Position numbers and translations under genes: made by a program. A DNA stretch of 64,000 nt from an uncultured Alphaproteobacteria bacterium (GTDB lineage Bacteria; Pseudomonadota; Alphaproteobacteria; HIMB59; GCA-002718135): assembly GCA_902524385.1 (NCBI GenBank), contig CABZCZ010000002.1, positions 38,596 through 102,595 on the forward strand, read 5' to 3'. Below the pieces are notes generated by a model. The model was not told the origin of the DNA and made no database searches. It saw nothing but the letters and a program-made list of their open reading frames with translations. Positions 11,958 to 24,363 of the stretch are shown here, one piece after another (within the stretch, counting starts at the first letter, position 1; the number at the start of each line of letters is the position of its first letter).

Positions 11958-13139
11958 ATGAGCACTGAATTAATAGTTCCAACACTTGGCGAGTCAATTA
12001 CGGAAGCAACTGTTTCAAAATGGCTTAAGAATATAGGCGATAATTTTGAAGCAGATGAACCTTTAGTTGAAATTGAAACTGATAAAATTACAGTTGAAGT
12101 ACCGGCGCCTCATGCAGGATCTCTAAAAGAAATAAAAGTCTCTGAAGGAATTGATGTTGAAATTGGTGGTATTTTAGGAATATTAGATGAATCAAAAGGT
12201 AAAAAACCAACCTCTAAAAAAACTGAAACCAAAGAAGATAAAGTAAAAGAAGAAATAAAAGAAGTTATGGTTGAAACAAAATCTTCACCTGCAAAATCTT
12301 CACCATCTGCAAGAAAAATTGCTGAGGAAAATAATATTAACATAGAAGATGTCACTTCTTCACGTTCTGATGGAAGAATTAATAAAGAAGACGTAGTCTC
12401 TCATCTCTCTTCTCTAAATAATAAAACCATCAACAAAGGTGAAAGAGAAGAAGTTGTTAAAATGTCTAAAATTAGACAGACAATATCTAAACGTTTAAAG
12501 GAAGCTCAAAATACAGCAGCCATACTTACAACTTTCAATGAAATTGATATGTTCAAAGTTATGGAAATTAGAAAATCAAAAAACCAAGAATTTCAAAGCA
12601 GGTATGATGTGAAATTAGGTTTCATGTCATTTTTTGTAAAAGCTGTAGTAAAAAGTTTGCAAGAATATCCAGCTGTAAATGCAGAAATTAAAGATGAAAA
12701 TATAATTTATAAAAACCATTTTGATGTAGGTATAGCTGTTGGAACTGAAAAAGGATTAGTCGTACCAATACTTAAAGACGCCGATAAATTGAGTTTTGGA
12801 GAAATAGAAACTAAAATTATCGATCTCAGTACAAAAGCCAAAGATGGAACTTTGACAATCGACGATTTGACTGGAGGAACTTTTACAATTTCAAATGGTG
12901 GCGTTTATGGATCAATGCTCAGTACTCCAATAATCAATAGACCTCAATCTGGTATTTTAGGGATGCATAATATTCAAAAAAGAGCAGTAGTTGTAAATGA
13001 TGAAATAGTAATTAGGCCAATGATGTATGTTGCATTAAGTTATGATCACAGAATTATTGATGGAAAAGAAAGTGTTGGATTTTTGGTGAAGGTGAAAGAA
13101 CTTTTAGAAGATCCATCTGAATTAGTATTAGGAATATAA
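11958..13139 (+). CDS. sucB: dihydrolipoyllysine succinyltransferase E2
   Basis: Lipoyl motif [15 protein letters not shown], a flexible K/E/S-rich linker, and catalytic DHRIIDG. Confidence 0.95.
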   Translation: MSTELIVPTLGESITEATVSKWLKNIGDNFEADEPLVEIETDKITVEVPAPHAGSLKEIKVSEGIDVEIGGILGILDESKGKKPTSKKTETKEDKVKEEIKEVMVETKSSPAKSSPSARKIAEENNINIEDVTSSRSDGRINKEDVVSHLSSLNNKTINKGEREEVVKMSKIRQTISKRLKEAQNTAAILTTFNEIDMFKVMEIRKSKNQEFQSRYDVKLGFMSFFVKAVVKSLQEYPAVNAEIKDENIIYKNHFDVGIAVGTEKGLVVPILKDADKLSFGEIETKIIDLSTKAKDGTLTIDDLTGGTFTISNGGVYGSMLSTPIINRPQSGILGMHNIQKRAVVVNDEIVIRPMMYVALSYDHRIIDGKESVGFLVKVKELLEDPSELVLGI

Positions 13140-13140
13140 A

Positions 13141-14538
13141 ATGGAAGATTTTGATTTAATAGTAATTGGTGCAGGACCTGGCGGATATGTAGCTGCAATT
13201 AGAGCAGCTCAACTTGGAATGAAGGTTGCTTGTATAGAAAAAGAACCATCACTTGGTGGAACTTGTTTGAACATTGGATGTATACCTTCTAAAGCATTAT
13301 TAAATTCATCTGAAAAATTTGTTGAAATTTCAAATCATGCTGCAGAGCATGGAATTAAAACATCAAAGATAGATTTAGATTTAAATGTTTTGATGGATCG
13401 AAAAACAAAGATTGTAAAAAAACTTACAACAGGGATTGGTTTTTTATTTAAGAAAAATAAAATAACGCATATTCCTGGTATAGCTTCATTTGTAGATAAA
13501 AAAACTATTTCTATTACAAATGATAAAAATGAAATAACCGCTAGTGCAAAAAATTTTATCATCGCAACAGGCTCATCTTCGGTTGAGATATCAAATATTC
13601 CTGTTGATGAAAAACAAATAGTATCTTCCACAGGTGCTCTGTCTCTATCTAAAATACCAGAATCACTCCTAGTTATTGGTGGTGGATATATTGGGTTGGA
13701 GATGGGGTCAGTATGGAGTAGATTAGGTTCAAAGGTAACAGTTGTTGAAGCTCTGGACAGAATTGTTCCAACTATGGACGGTGAAATTGCAAAAGAGTTT
13801 ATGAAAATGTTAACTAAACAAGGATTAGAATTTAAATTATCTCATAAAGTGAGTTCTGCAAAATCTAGTAAGTCTGGTGTAGATGTTGAAATGGAAACAC
13901 CAGATAAAAAAAAAATAAAAGAAAACTATGATATAGTTTTAATGTCTGTAGGAAGAAAACCAAACACAGAGGGACTTGGTCTTGAAAAAATTGGTATTAA
14001 ATTAACCGAAAAAAGATCCATCGAAATTAGAGATAACTTTCAAACTTCTGTTGAGGGAATCTATGCAATTGGTGATGTAGCACCTGGACCAATGCTGGCA
14101 CACAAAGCCGAAGAAGAAGGAGTGGCTTGTGTTGAATTTATCAACGGTCAAAAACCTCACATAAACTATGATGCTATACCAGCCATTGTTTATACTAATC
14201 CTGAGATTGCATCAGTTGGCAAAACAGAAGAACAACTCAAGCAAGAAAAGAAAGACTTTAAGGTTGGAAAATTTCCTTTTACGGCAAATGGTCGAGCCTT
14301 AACTACCTCTGCATCAGAAGGATTTGTTAAAATTTTAGTTGATAAAAAAACAGATGAAATTTTAGGCGCTCATATAATTGGTCATGATGCTGGACAACTG
14401 ATTGCAGAAATTGTTACTACAATCGAATTTGGTGGAAGTGCGGAGGACATTGCTAGAGTTTGTCATGCTCATCCAACAACCAGTGAAGCGGTAAAAGAAG
14501 CAGCTCTGAGCGTTGATGGTAAAGCAATACATATTTAA
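13141..14538 (+). CDS. lpdA: dihydrolipoyl dehydrogenase E3
   Basis: GAGPGGY FAD motif, redox-active GGTCLNIGCIPSK, C-terminal HAHPT. Confidence 0.95.
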   Translation: MEDFDLIVIGAGPGGYVAAIRAAQLGMKVACIEKEPSLGGTCLNIGCIPSKALLNSSEKFVEISNHAAEHGIKTSKIDLDLNVLMDRKTKIVKKLTTGIGFLFKKNKITHIPGIASFVDKKTISITNDKNEITASAKNFIIATGSSSVEISNIPVDEKQIVSSTGALSLSKIPESLLVIGGGYIGLEMGSVWSRLGSKVTVVEALDRIVPTMDGEIAKEFMKMLTKQGLEFKLSHKVSSAKSSKSGVDVEMETPDKKKIKENYDIVLMSVGRKPNTEGLGLEKIGIKLTEKRSIEIRDNFQTSVEGIYAIGDVAPGPMLAHKAEEEGVACVEFINGQKPHINYDAIPAIVYTNPEIASVGKTEEQLKQEKKDFKVGKFPFTANGRALTTSASEGFVKILVDKKTDEILGAHIIGHDAGQLIAEIVTTIEFGGSAEDIARVCHAHPTTSEAVKEAALSVDGKAIHI

Positions 14539-14738
14539 ATTTTAGCTAGATCCATTCCTTTTTTATATTTTTTTGATGATTGTTTTATAACTGCTTGACC
14601 ACACCTCATAACTTTTCTTTTATGATCAAATGTCATTTTTGGCTCTCCATGTAATTTCCAACCATTAGATAATGCCTCTGTTACTCTTTGACAAAAATCA
14701 ACAGTATCATCATCAGTAATAAATCTATAACCTTTCAT
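14535..14738 (-). CDS. DUF1737-like small protein
   Basis: The 67-aa product MKGYRFITDDDTVDFCQRVTEALSNGWKLHGEP..GQAV matches my recollection of the DUF1737 pattern. The stop overlaps the lpdA stop (TTAA). Confidence 0.55.
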   Translation of the reverse strand: MKGYRFITDDDTVDFCQRVTEALSNGWKLHGEPKMTFDHKRKVMRCGQAVIKQSSKKYKKGMDLAKI

Positions 14739-14756
14739 GTATGCTCCTTTTTTGTA

Positions 14757-16079
14757 TTAATTTATTTGATCTAGAATTTTTAATTGTTCCTTTGATTTTA
14801 AATCAATAAATGTTTCAAACTCTATGAGAAAATCTTCATAACTCATATTAAAATTTTTTCTAAATGACTCTCTCCATCCCTGGTGTATTTTTCCTTCCTC
14901 CCTTTTTTCTAATTCAAGTTCAGCAATATCTTCATAAAAATCAAAGAATACTTTTTGATTAGATCCACTTAAAGAAGCAAGATATGCTGTTGCCCACATT
15001 CCACCATCATACTCAAAACCCTGATCACATTTACTGCGAAGTTTGATAGCATCTTGTTCTTTTTCTACATCTTCGAGCTTAATTCCTTTTTTTGCACATT
15101 TACGAAAGGACTTTAGTGTTTGTTTCATAATTTTTTTATAATCAGCTAAATTATTTTTTCCAATAATATAATAACCAAAATATTCTGCTCCACCTTCTTC
15201 AATCCACATTGGCATACCATCATTAAATTTATACTGGGCAACACCAAAACGTTTTTTATCTTCAAAAAAAATTTTTTTCATATTTTGATGAACATGAAAA
15301 TATTCATGTGCTACTATTTTTGCAACATTCCACGCTTCATTTTTATATTCCCTCCACCAACATTTATTACCTTCAATACTTCCTTTTAATGTTTCAGGTG
15401 AAAAATAGGCAGACGCTACACATTCTTTGAACCATTTTTTGTTATCACCACCACCTACTTTTAAACATTCTTCATTGAAATTTTCTCCACGATTTACTTC
15501 ACACCAATTTTGAGCAACTTTTTTTAGATTAGATTTTTTTTCATTCCAGATAATAACATGAGTTTCCGCAATAGGTTTTTCACCAAGTTCAAGGTAGGAA
15601 TGTTCAAGGGTTTCCATGAATAAACTGTGAAGATCATCAGGGACTCCTTTATATTTTGGAAATATGATTGTTTCCTGACCAAACCAGCCAGGTATTCTAT
15701 ATTCATATTCAAGCATATTGGCTGTGTCGTCATACTCTCTTTCTCCCTCTTCATTTGTGATAAAGGCAACATTTTCCCAAATAACTATGTCGTTAACAGC
15801 AAAGGGTTCACACTTACCTGAAATATTATTTTTTTTTCTATGTTTCTCACAATCTTTAAATGCTGCTTTTTTTGCTTCCTCTTCTGACTTTTTACCAATA
15901 GTCATTCCGTATTCACACTCACTATCGCTGATTACAACATAAAATGCAGAATGTTCATCTTTTGCCTCTTCTTGGTATTCTTTAAATGGTTCGTCCATTA
16001 TCCAACCACATATTTGAGGATTGGCAAATAAATTCTGAGAATTAACTAATAAAAATAAAATTATAAGTAAGATTTTCAT
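14757..16079 (-). CDS. secreted HExxH (gluzincin-like) metallopeptidase-domain protein
   Basis: Signal peptide MKILLIILFLLVNSQNLFA, Cys-rich N-terminal module, VAHEYFHVHQ (HExxH) followed by WIEEGGAEYFGY (candidate third ligand Glu). Confidence 0.7.
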   Translation of the reverse strand: MKILLIILFLLVNSQNLFANPQICGWIMDEPFKEYQEEAKDEHSAFYVVISDSECEYGMTIGKKSEEEAKKAAFKDCEKHRKKNNISGKCEPFAVNDIVIWENVAFITNEEGEREYDDTANMLEYEYRIPGWFGQETIIFPKYKGVPDDLHSLFMETLEHSYLELGEKPIAETHVIIWNEKKSNLKKVAQNWCEVNRGENFNEECLKVGGGDNKKWFKECVASAYFSPETLKGSIEGNKCWWREYKNEAWNVAKIVAHEYFHVHQNMKKIFFEDKKRFGVAQYKFNDGMPMWIEEGGAEYFGYYIIGKNNLADYKKIMKQTLKSFRKCAKKGIKLEDVEKEQDAIKLRSKCDQGFEYDGGMWATAYLASLSGSNQKVFFDFYEDIAELELEKREEGKIHQGWRESFRKNFNMSYEDFLIEFETFIDLKSKEQLKILDQIN

Positions 16080-16738
16080 TTTATATTTAATAAATTAATT
16101 TCAATGATTTTTATTAAGTACTCCACAAGATCAGTTTGCATATCAACTGTGAATTTATATTTATCTTTTGATCCCATAGCCAAAATAATACTATCTTCAC
16201 GAAATTTAACTTTTAATAAAATATATGATTTTATCGTAGCTGATTTATTAGGAAAAAATAAAAGTAAACCTTTGGGATTTTGATTTAGATTTGTAACCAT
16301 TTTATTTTTAAAATAACTGTGTGCAATTTTAGTATCAAGTTGTGATAAGTTTTCTGCTCTAATATTTACATTTGTAACAAAACAATTCATTTCATCACAA
16401 CCTAAAATTGTTTTAAGATCATTTTTGATTAAGCTTATTAATTTTGGTAAACTTTTTATATTTAAAATTCTAATTGTAGACTTAAGAATTCTTTTCTGTG
16501 CGTTTAAATGACTTTTGCCTGCAAGTAGTACTTTCGTCATTTGATTTTGTAGATCTATATTTTGTTGAGTTATTCTTTTATATCTATAAGCTTCTAAATC
16601 AATAACCTTATCTGAACTATTATCTTGAGAAGGAAAATTTAGATCATTAACTAATTCTGAATTTTTAATAAAAAAATTTTTATTTTTTTTTAAAAAATTT
16701 ATTATTTCTTTTTCTCTAATTTCATCTTCATTTGCCAT
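16076..16738 (-). CDS. DUF484 (GAF-like) family protein
   Basis: The N-terminal ..IINFLKKNKNFFIKNSELVNDLNFP.. pattern is typical of DUF484. I start it at ATG 16738 (MANEDE), because the longer ORF-track start would overlap tal. Confidence 0.65.
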   Translation of the reverse strand: MANEDEIREKEIINFLKKNKNFFIKNSELVNDLNFPSQDNSSDKVIDLEAYRYKRITQQNIDLQNQMTKVLLAGKSHLNAQKRILKSTIRILNIKSLPKLISLIKNDLKTILGCDEMNCFVTNVNIRAENLSQLDTKIAHSYFKNKMVTNLNQNPKGLLLFFPNKSATIKSYILLKVKFREDSIILAMGSKDKYKFTVDMQTDLVEYLIKIIEINLLNIK

Positions 16739-16743
16739 GACGA

Positions 16744-17403
16744 TTATTTTGGCAAAATTTGTTGTCCTGTTTTTGCCCAATCTTCAAGAAATGCTTTGAG
16801 TCCTTTATCTGTGAGAGGATGTTTATACAATTCATGTATGACTTTAGGTGGTAGTGTTGAAACATGTGCACCAACCACAGCAGCATCAATCAAATGTTGC
16901 GAGTTTCTTACTGAAGCAACTAATACCTCAGTATCAAATCCATAATTTTCATACATTATTACTATATCTGAAATCAGATCCATTCCTTTTTCGCCAATAT
17001 CATCTAGTCTTCCCACAAAAGGAGAAATAAATGTTGCACCAACCTTAGCGGCTAGTAATGCTTGAGCAGCACTAAAACATAATGTTACATTTACCATGAT
17101 ATCTTTTTTCCTAAGAGCTTTGCATGTTTGAAGACCAGCAGGTGTAAGAGGAACTTTTACAGCAACATTTTTAGCCAATGATGCTAAGTAATTACCTTCT
17201 TCAAGCATTTTTTCGTACTCGGTTGCTGTCACTTCTGCACTTACTGGACCGGATACTATAGAGCAAATCGTTTTAATTGTTTCTCCCATATCTTTACCAC
17301 TTTTTGCAATTAGAGATGGGTTTGTCGTAACACCGTCTATTAATCCACTAGGCATTAACTCTTCAATCTGAGGTATATCGGCAGTGTCTATAAAAAATTT
17401 CAT
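16744..17403 (-). CDS. tal: transaldolase / fructose-6-phosphate aldolase family (short type)
   Basis: [18 protein letters not shown], Schiff-base Lys context VAVKVP, 219 aa. Confidence 0.9.
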   Translation of the reverse strand: MKFFIDTADIPQIEELMPSGLIDGVTTNPSLIAKSGKDMGETIKTICSIVSGPVSAEVTATEYEKMLEEGNYLASLAKNVAVKVPLTPAGLQTCKALRKKDIMVNVTLCFSAAQALLAAKVGATFISPFVGRLDDIGEKGMDLISDIVIMYENYGFDTEVLVASVRNSQHLIDAAVVGAHVSTLPPKVIHELYKHPLTDKGLKAFLEDWAKTGQQILPK

Positions 17404-17466
17404 TGTTGGTTGTATACCATATACAAGTTATTTAGAAAGTTAACATATAAAAAATACATAAATATA

Positions 17467-19422
17467 ATGTTGTACGATGTAGTAGTAACAAGACCTTTCA
17501 ACAAAGTTTTCACTTATTCTTCAACAAATGAGCAACTTGAAATTGGTCAAATAGTATTAATTCCATTTGGAAAAAAAATAGAAGTTGGAATTATTTGGAA
17601 GAAAAATGTTAAAAATCCTGGATACGAAATTAAAGAGGTTATAAAAATTTGTAATGATCTTATCCTTCAGAATTCTTCAATCGAATTTATAAATTGGATC
17701 GCGAGTTATACATTAGCCCCATTAGGATCAGTCTTAAAATTATTTCTTATTAACAATGATATAGTTGAATTTGATAAAGAAAAATTAGATAGTTTCAATT
17801 ATACTGAACCTTCTTTTGTATCTTTAAATGAAGAGCAAGAAAATTCATTCAAAGAAATAACCCAATCATTTAATAAATCGAACAAACCTGTTTTATTAGA
17901 AGGTGTAACAGGCTCTGGTAAAACTGAAGTATATTTTGAATTAATAGATAAATTTTTAAAAGAAAAAAAACAAATATTAATAATGGTTCCAGAAATTAGC
18001 TTAACACCGCAATTAGAGACAAGAGTAAAGAAGCGTTTTGGAGTGGAAGTATGTTTGTGGCATTCTAAAATTACAAAAAAAATTAGGCAAAAAATTTGGC
18101 ATAAATGTTTCGCAGGGGATCAGGTCATTATTATTGGTGCTCGATCAAGTTTGTTTCTTCCTTTTACAAACTTAGGATTAATTGTTGTCGACGAAGAACA
18201 TGACTCCAGTTATAAGCAAGAGGACAATATACGTTACCAAGCAAGAGATCTTGCAGTTGTAAGAGCTAAAATTGAAAAAAATTTTATATTATTAGCTTCG
18301 GCAACCCCGTCTTTAGAAACAATAAATAATGTTAAAATTAAAAAATATGACCAAGTCTATTTATCCAAACAATTTTCTGGAACACCATTACCTGAAATTT
18401 CTATAATTGATTTAAATAAAGATAAACTTGATAAAGATAAATGGATATCACAATCAATTATAGATGCTATTTCTCAGTGCTTAGACAATAAGGAACAAAC
18501 TCTTATTTTTTTAAATCGTAGAGGATACTCACCATTAACCCTGTGTAATAGTTGTGGATTCAGATATGAATGTAATCAATGCTCATCATGGATGGTTATG
18601 CATCAACACAAAAAAGTTTTCTTGTGTCATCAATGTGGAACAATTAAAAAATTAAATTTAGATTGTCCTCAATGTAATGAAAAAGATAGTATAAAATTTG
18701 TTGGCCCAGGTATCGAAAGAGTTGCAGAAGAGATAAAAGAATTTTTTCCTGGCAAAAACATTTCCATAATGTCTAGTGACAACGTTAATACACCAAACAA
18801 AATTAAAAAATTTATTACTGATATAAATAACAAAGATATAGATATAATTGTAGCTACTCAAATTATGGCGAAAGGATATGATTTTCCAAATTTGTCGTTA
18901 GTAGGAATAGTTGATGCAGATGCAGGTTTATTTGGTGGCGACCCAAGAGCAATAGAAAAAACTTTTAACCTACTTCAGCAAGTTGGAGGTAGAGCTGGTA
19001 GAGGAAAAAAAATTGGTAAAGTTTTTCTACAAACATATTTTCCAGACCAAGAAATTATTAAATCAATTCAACTTCGAGAAAGAGAAGCTTTTATTGAAAA
19101 AGCTTTGCAAGAGAGAAAGAATTTTAATATTCCTCCTTTTGGTTTTATGACTTCCATAATCATTTCTAGTCATACAAAGGCTTTAGTCCTTAAACATGCT
19201 TCAAGACTGGTTCAACAAGATCAAAATAGTGAAAATATTAAAATTCTAGGTCCAGTTGAAGCTCCAATTTCTTTGCTTAGAGGACAATATCGATACAGAA
19301 TATTATTGAAAAGCAATAGTAGAAAAAATCTTAATAAATTCACAAAAAAAATTGTCGAAAAGACTAAATTACCCTCTTCTGTAAAGTTAATTATTGATGT
19401 CGACCCCTATTCATTTATGTAA
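17467..19422 (+). CDS. priA: primosomal replication protein N' (helicase PriA)
   Basis: Walker A GVTGSGKTEVY, DEEHD box, Cys-rich zinc region CNSCG..CNQC..CHQCG..CPQC. ATG 17467 (MLYDVVV) is preferred over the upstream TTG. Confidence 0.9.
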   Translation: MLYDVVVTRPFNKVFTYSSTNEQLEIGQIVLIPFGKKIEVGIIWKKNVKNPGYEIKEVIKICNDLILQNSSIEFINWIASYTLAPLGSVLKLFLINNDIVEFDKEKLDSFNYTEPSFVSLNEEQENSFKEITQSFNKSNKPVLLEGVTGSGKTEVYFELIDKFLKEKKQILIMVPEISLTPQLETRVKKRFGVEVCLWHSKITKKIRQKIWHKCFAGDQVIIIGARSSLFLPFTNLGLIVVDEEHDSSYKQEDNIRYQARDLAVVRAKIEKNFILLASATPSLETINNVKIKKYDQVYLSKQFSGTPLPEISIIDLNKDKLDKDKWISQSIIDAISQCLDNKEQTLIFLNRRGYSPLTLCNSCGFRYECNQCSSWMVMHQHKKVFLCHQCGTIKKLNLDCPQCNEKDSIKFVGPGIERVAEEIKEFFPGKNISIMSSDNVNTPNKIKKFITDINNKDIDIIVATQIMAKGYDFPNLSLVGIVDADAGLFGGDPRAIEKTFNLLQQVGGRAGRGKKIGKVFLQTYFPDQEIIKSIQLREREAFIEKALQERKNFNIPPFGFMTSIIISSHTKALVLKHASRLVQQDQNSENIKILGPVEAPISLLRGQYRYRILLKSNSRKNLNKFTKKIVEKTKLPSSVKLIIDVDPYSFM

Positions 19423-19540
19423 TTTACCCACAATTTTAAAAATATCTTTGATTTAACTCATTTGACGCACAAACTGACAGTTTACCTACTTTTTCTGATG
19501 TGTTAATAGCCTATCTCTAAACTTCTTATGAACTTAATTA

Positions 19541-20098
19541 ATGGCATCTAATACATTATCTGGGGACCTTATATCTGAAAGGTACGGAGCAGCTCTCTAT
19601 GATCATGCTTCTGAAAAAAAATGTATTGATGATATTCTAAATGATTTTGAATTAGTGCAAAAAGCATTGAAGGAAAGTTCAGAATTAAGACAGGTTATTA
19701 AAAGTCCATTAGTAAATTCAGATGAGAAACTTAATATTTTATTAATAATATTCTCTGAAGCAAATTTACATGATCTTACGACAACTTTTTTAAAAGTTCT
19801 TGATAATAATAAAAGAATTTCAAATATCGATACTATAATTTTACAATTTAAAAAAATAAACTCTGAAAAAAGAGGTGATATTTCTGCTGACATAACGTCA
19901 GCAAACATATTATCTGATGATGAAAAAAATAATATTACAAATCAACTTAAAAAATCTTTAGGCGAAAAATTATCCTTAAATTTTGATGTTGATGAAGACA
20001 TTATTGGTGGTTTAATTGTTAAGGTTGGTTCTAAAATGATTGATACATCTATAGTTAATAAAATTAATAAACTTAAAATTGCAATGAAGGGGGCATAA
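19541..20098 (+). CDS. atpH: F1 ATP synthase delta (OSCP) subunit
   Basis: 185 aa and first gene of the atpHAGDC order. C-terminal [15 protein letters not shown] motif. Confidence 0.9.
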   Translation: MASNTLSGDLISERYGAALYDHASEKKCIDDILNDFELVQKALKESSELRQVIKSPLVNSDEKLNILLIIFSEANLHDLTTTFLKVLDNNKRISNIDTIILQFKKINSEKRGDISADITSANILSDDEKNNITNQLKKSLGEKLSLNFDVDEDIIGGLIVKVGSKMIDTSIVNKINKLKIAMKGA

Positions 20099-21633
20099 TG
20101 GAAATTAAAGCTGCAGAGATCTCGTCTGTAATTAAAGATCAAATAGCTAATTTTGAAACTAAAGCGGATGTTGCTGAGGTTGGAACAGTACTAAGTGTTG
20201 GAGATGGTATTGCACGTGTATATGGTCTTGATCAAGTACAAGCTGGAGAGATGGTAGAATTCCCAGGCGGCATTAAAGGTATGGCCCTCAACCTTGAAAT
20301 GGATAACGTTGGTGTTTCAATCTTTGGTGATGATACTGGGATTAAAGAAGGTGACACAGTTAAACGTACAGGAGAAATTGTTGACGTTCCTGTTGGAAAG
20401 GATTTGTTAGGTCGCGTTGTTGATGGTTTAGGAAATCCTATTGATGGTAAAGGTCCTATTCAATCTTCTGAAAAAAGAAGAATTGAATTGAAAGCGCCAG
20501 GTATTATTCCACGTCAAAGTGTATCTGAACCTATGCAGACAGGTATTAAAGCACTTGATGCTCTTGTTCCAGTTGGGAGGGGGCAACGTGAATTAATAAT
20601 TGGTGATAGACAAACTGGTAAAACTGCTGTTGCTATTGATACAATCTTAAATCAAAAATCTGTAAATCAATCAGACAATGAAAAACAAAAGTTATACTGT
20701 ATCTATGTTGCGATTGGTCAGAAAAGATCAACAGTTGCTCAAATTGTAAAAACGCTAGAAGATAATGGTGCTATGGAATATACAATTGTTGTATCTGCAA
20801 CTGCATCAGAGCCTGCTCCGTTGCAATTTTTATCTGCTTATACTGGTTGTACAATGGGCGAGTATTTTAGAGATAATGGTATGCATGCATTAATAGTTTA
20901 TGATGATTTATCAAAGCAAGCAGTTGCTTACAGACAGATGTCCCTTTTATTAAGAAGACCCCCTGGACGTGAAGCATATCCAGGAGATGTATTTTATATT
21001 CATAGTCGTCTTTTAGAAAGAGCTGCCAAAATGAGTGATGAGCATGGAGGTGGAAGTTTAACTGCTCTTCCAATTATTGAAACTCAAGCCGGTGACTTAT
21101 CTGCTTACATACCAACAAATGTTATTTCCATTACGGATGGTCAAATATTTTTAGAAACAAACTTATTTTTCGCTGGTATTCGTCCTGCGATTAACGTAGG
21201 TCTTTCAGTAAGCCGTGTTGGTTCTGCAGCTCAAACAAAAGCAATGAAAAAAATCGCTGGTCCTGTAAAACTAGAATTAGCTCAATATCGGGAGATGGCT
21301 GCTTTTGCACAATTTGCATCTGACTTAGATGCTTCAACGAAACAATTACTTGATCGCGGTGCAAGACTAGTTGAAATCTTAAAACAAGGTCAATATTCAC
21401 CATTAACGGTTTCAGAGCAAGTTGTATCTATTTATGCTGGTGTACGTGGATATCTTGATAAAGTTGCTGTAGGCGATGTAGTCAAGTTTGAAGCAGAAGT
21501 TTTAAATGAAATTAGAACTAAGTATAGTGATTTATTAGATGCCATTACTAATGAAAAGGAATTATCTAAAGAAATTGATGATAAATTAAAATCTATTTTA
21601 GATGATTTGGTTGCAAAGTTTGCAAGTAACTAA
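20098..21633 (+). CDS. atpA: F1 ATP synthase alpha subunit
   Basis: [10 protein letters not shown]-loop and other conserved alpha-subunit motifs. TAATG overlap with atpH. Confidence 0.98.
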   Translation: MEIKAAEISSVIKDQIANFETKADVAEVGTVLSVGDGIARVYGLDQVQAGEMVEFPGGIKGMALNLEMDNVGVSIFGDDTGIKEGDTVKRTGEIVDVPVGKDLLGRVVDGLGNPIDGKGPIQSSEKRRIELKAPGIIPRQSVSEPMQTGIKALDALVPVGRGQRELIIGDRQTGKTAVAIDTILNQKSVNQSDNEKQKLYCIYVAIGQKRSTVAQIVKTLEDNGAMEYTIVVSATASEPAPLQFLSAYTGCTMGEYFRDNGMHALIVYDDLSKQAVAYRQMSLLLRRPPGREAYPGDVFYIHSRLLERAAKMSDEHGGGSLTALPIIETQAGDLSAYIPTNVISITDGQIFLETNLFFAGIRPAINVGLSVSRVGSAAQTKAMKKIAGPVKLELAQYREMAAFAQFASDLDASTKQLLDRGARLVEILKQGQYSPLTVSEQVVSIYAGVRGYLDKVAVGDVVKFEAEVLNEIRTKYSDLLDAITNEKELSKEIDDKLKSILDDLVAKFASN

Positions 21634-21636
21634 TTT

Positions 21637-23961
<2,325 letters not shown>

Positions 23962-23962
<1 letters not shown>

Positions 23963-24363
23963 TGGCAACAATTTCATTTGATTTAGTTTCCCCAGAAAAC
24001 CTTGTCTTTAATGATAATGTTGGTTCCATAATTGTCCCTGGTAAAGATGGTGATATAGGTGTTTTACCAGGACATAGTAAAGTAATGTCGTCTCTCAGAC
24101 CAGGAAGAGTAATGGTTTACAGTGAAGACAATAATCTAGTTAAATCCTTTTTTGTTTCTGCTGGTTTTGTCGAAATAAATCCAGAAAAATGTATATTGTT
24201 AGCTGAAAGTGTGAATGAAATGAATGATCTTGATAAAACTACAATCGAGAATGAGATTAGAAATCTAGAATCAGAAAATTCAGATAGCGTTAATTATAAA
24301 CTCTATGTTGCAAGAAAAAAAATTGAAGCTTTAGAATCAACTTTTTATAAAAAATTTACTTAA
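23962..24363 (+). CDS. atpC: F1 ATP synthase epsilon subunit
   Basis: 133 aa and last gene of the operon. GVLPGH motif. TAATG overlap with atpD. Confidence 0.93.

Noticed and set aside
12180-12330. Low-complexity K/E/S/T-rich stretch in sucB as a possible DNA repeat
   Set aside because: It is the expected flexible linker between the lipoyl and catalytic domains of E2, not a nucleotide-level tandem repeat.
15524-15942. Three overlapping short ORFs (15524-15772 minus strand, 15627-15821 plus strand, 15718-15942 plus strand) inside the secreted HExxH gene
   Set aside because: They are alternative-frame or antisense ORFs within a 440-aa ORF that has a signal peptide and a metallopeptidase motif. 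There is no independent support.
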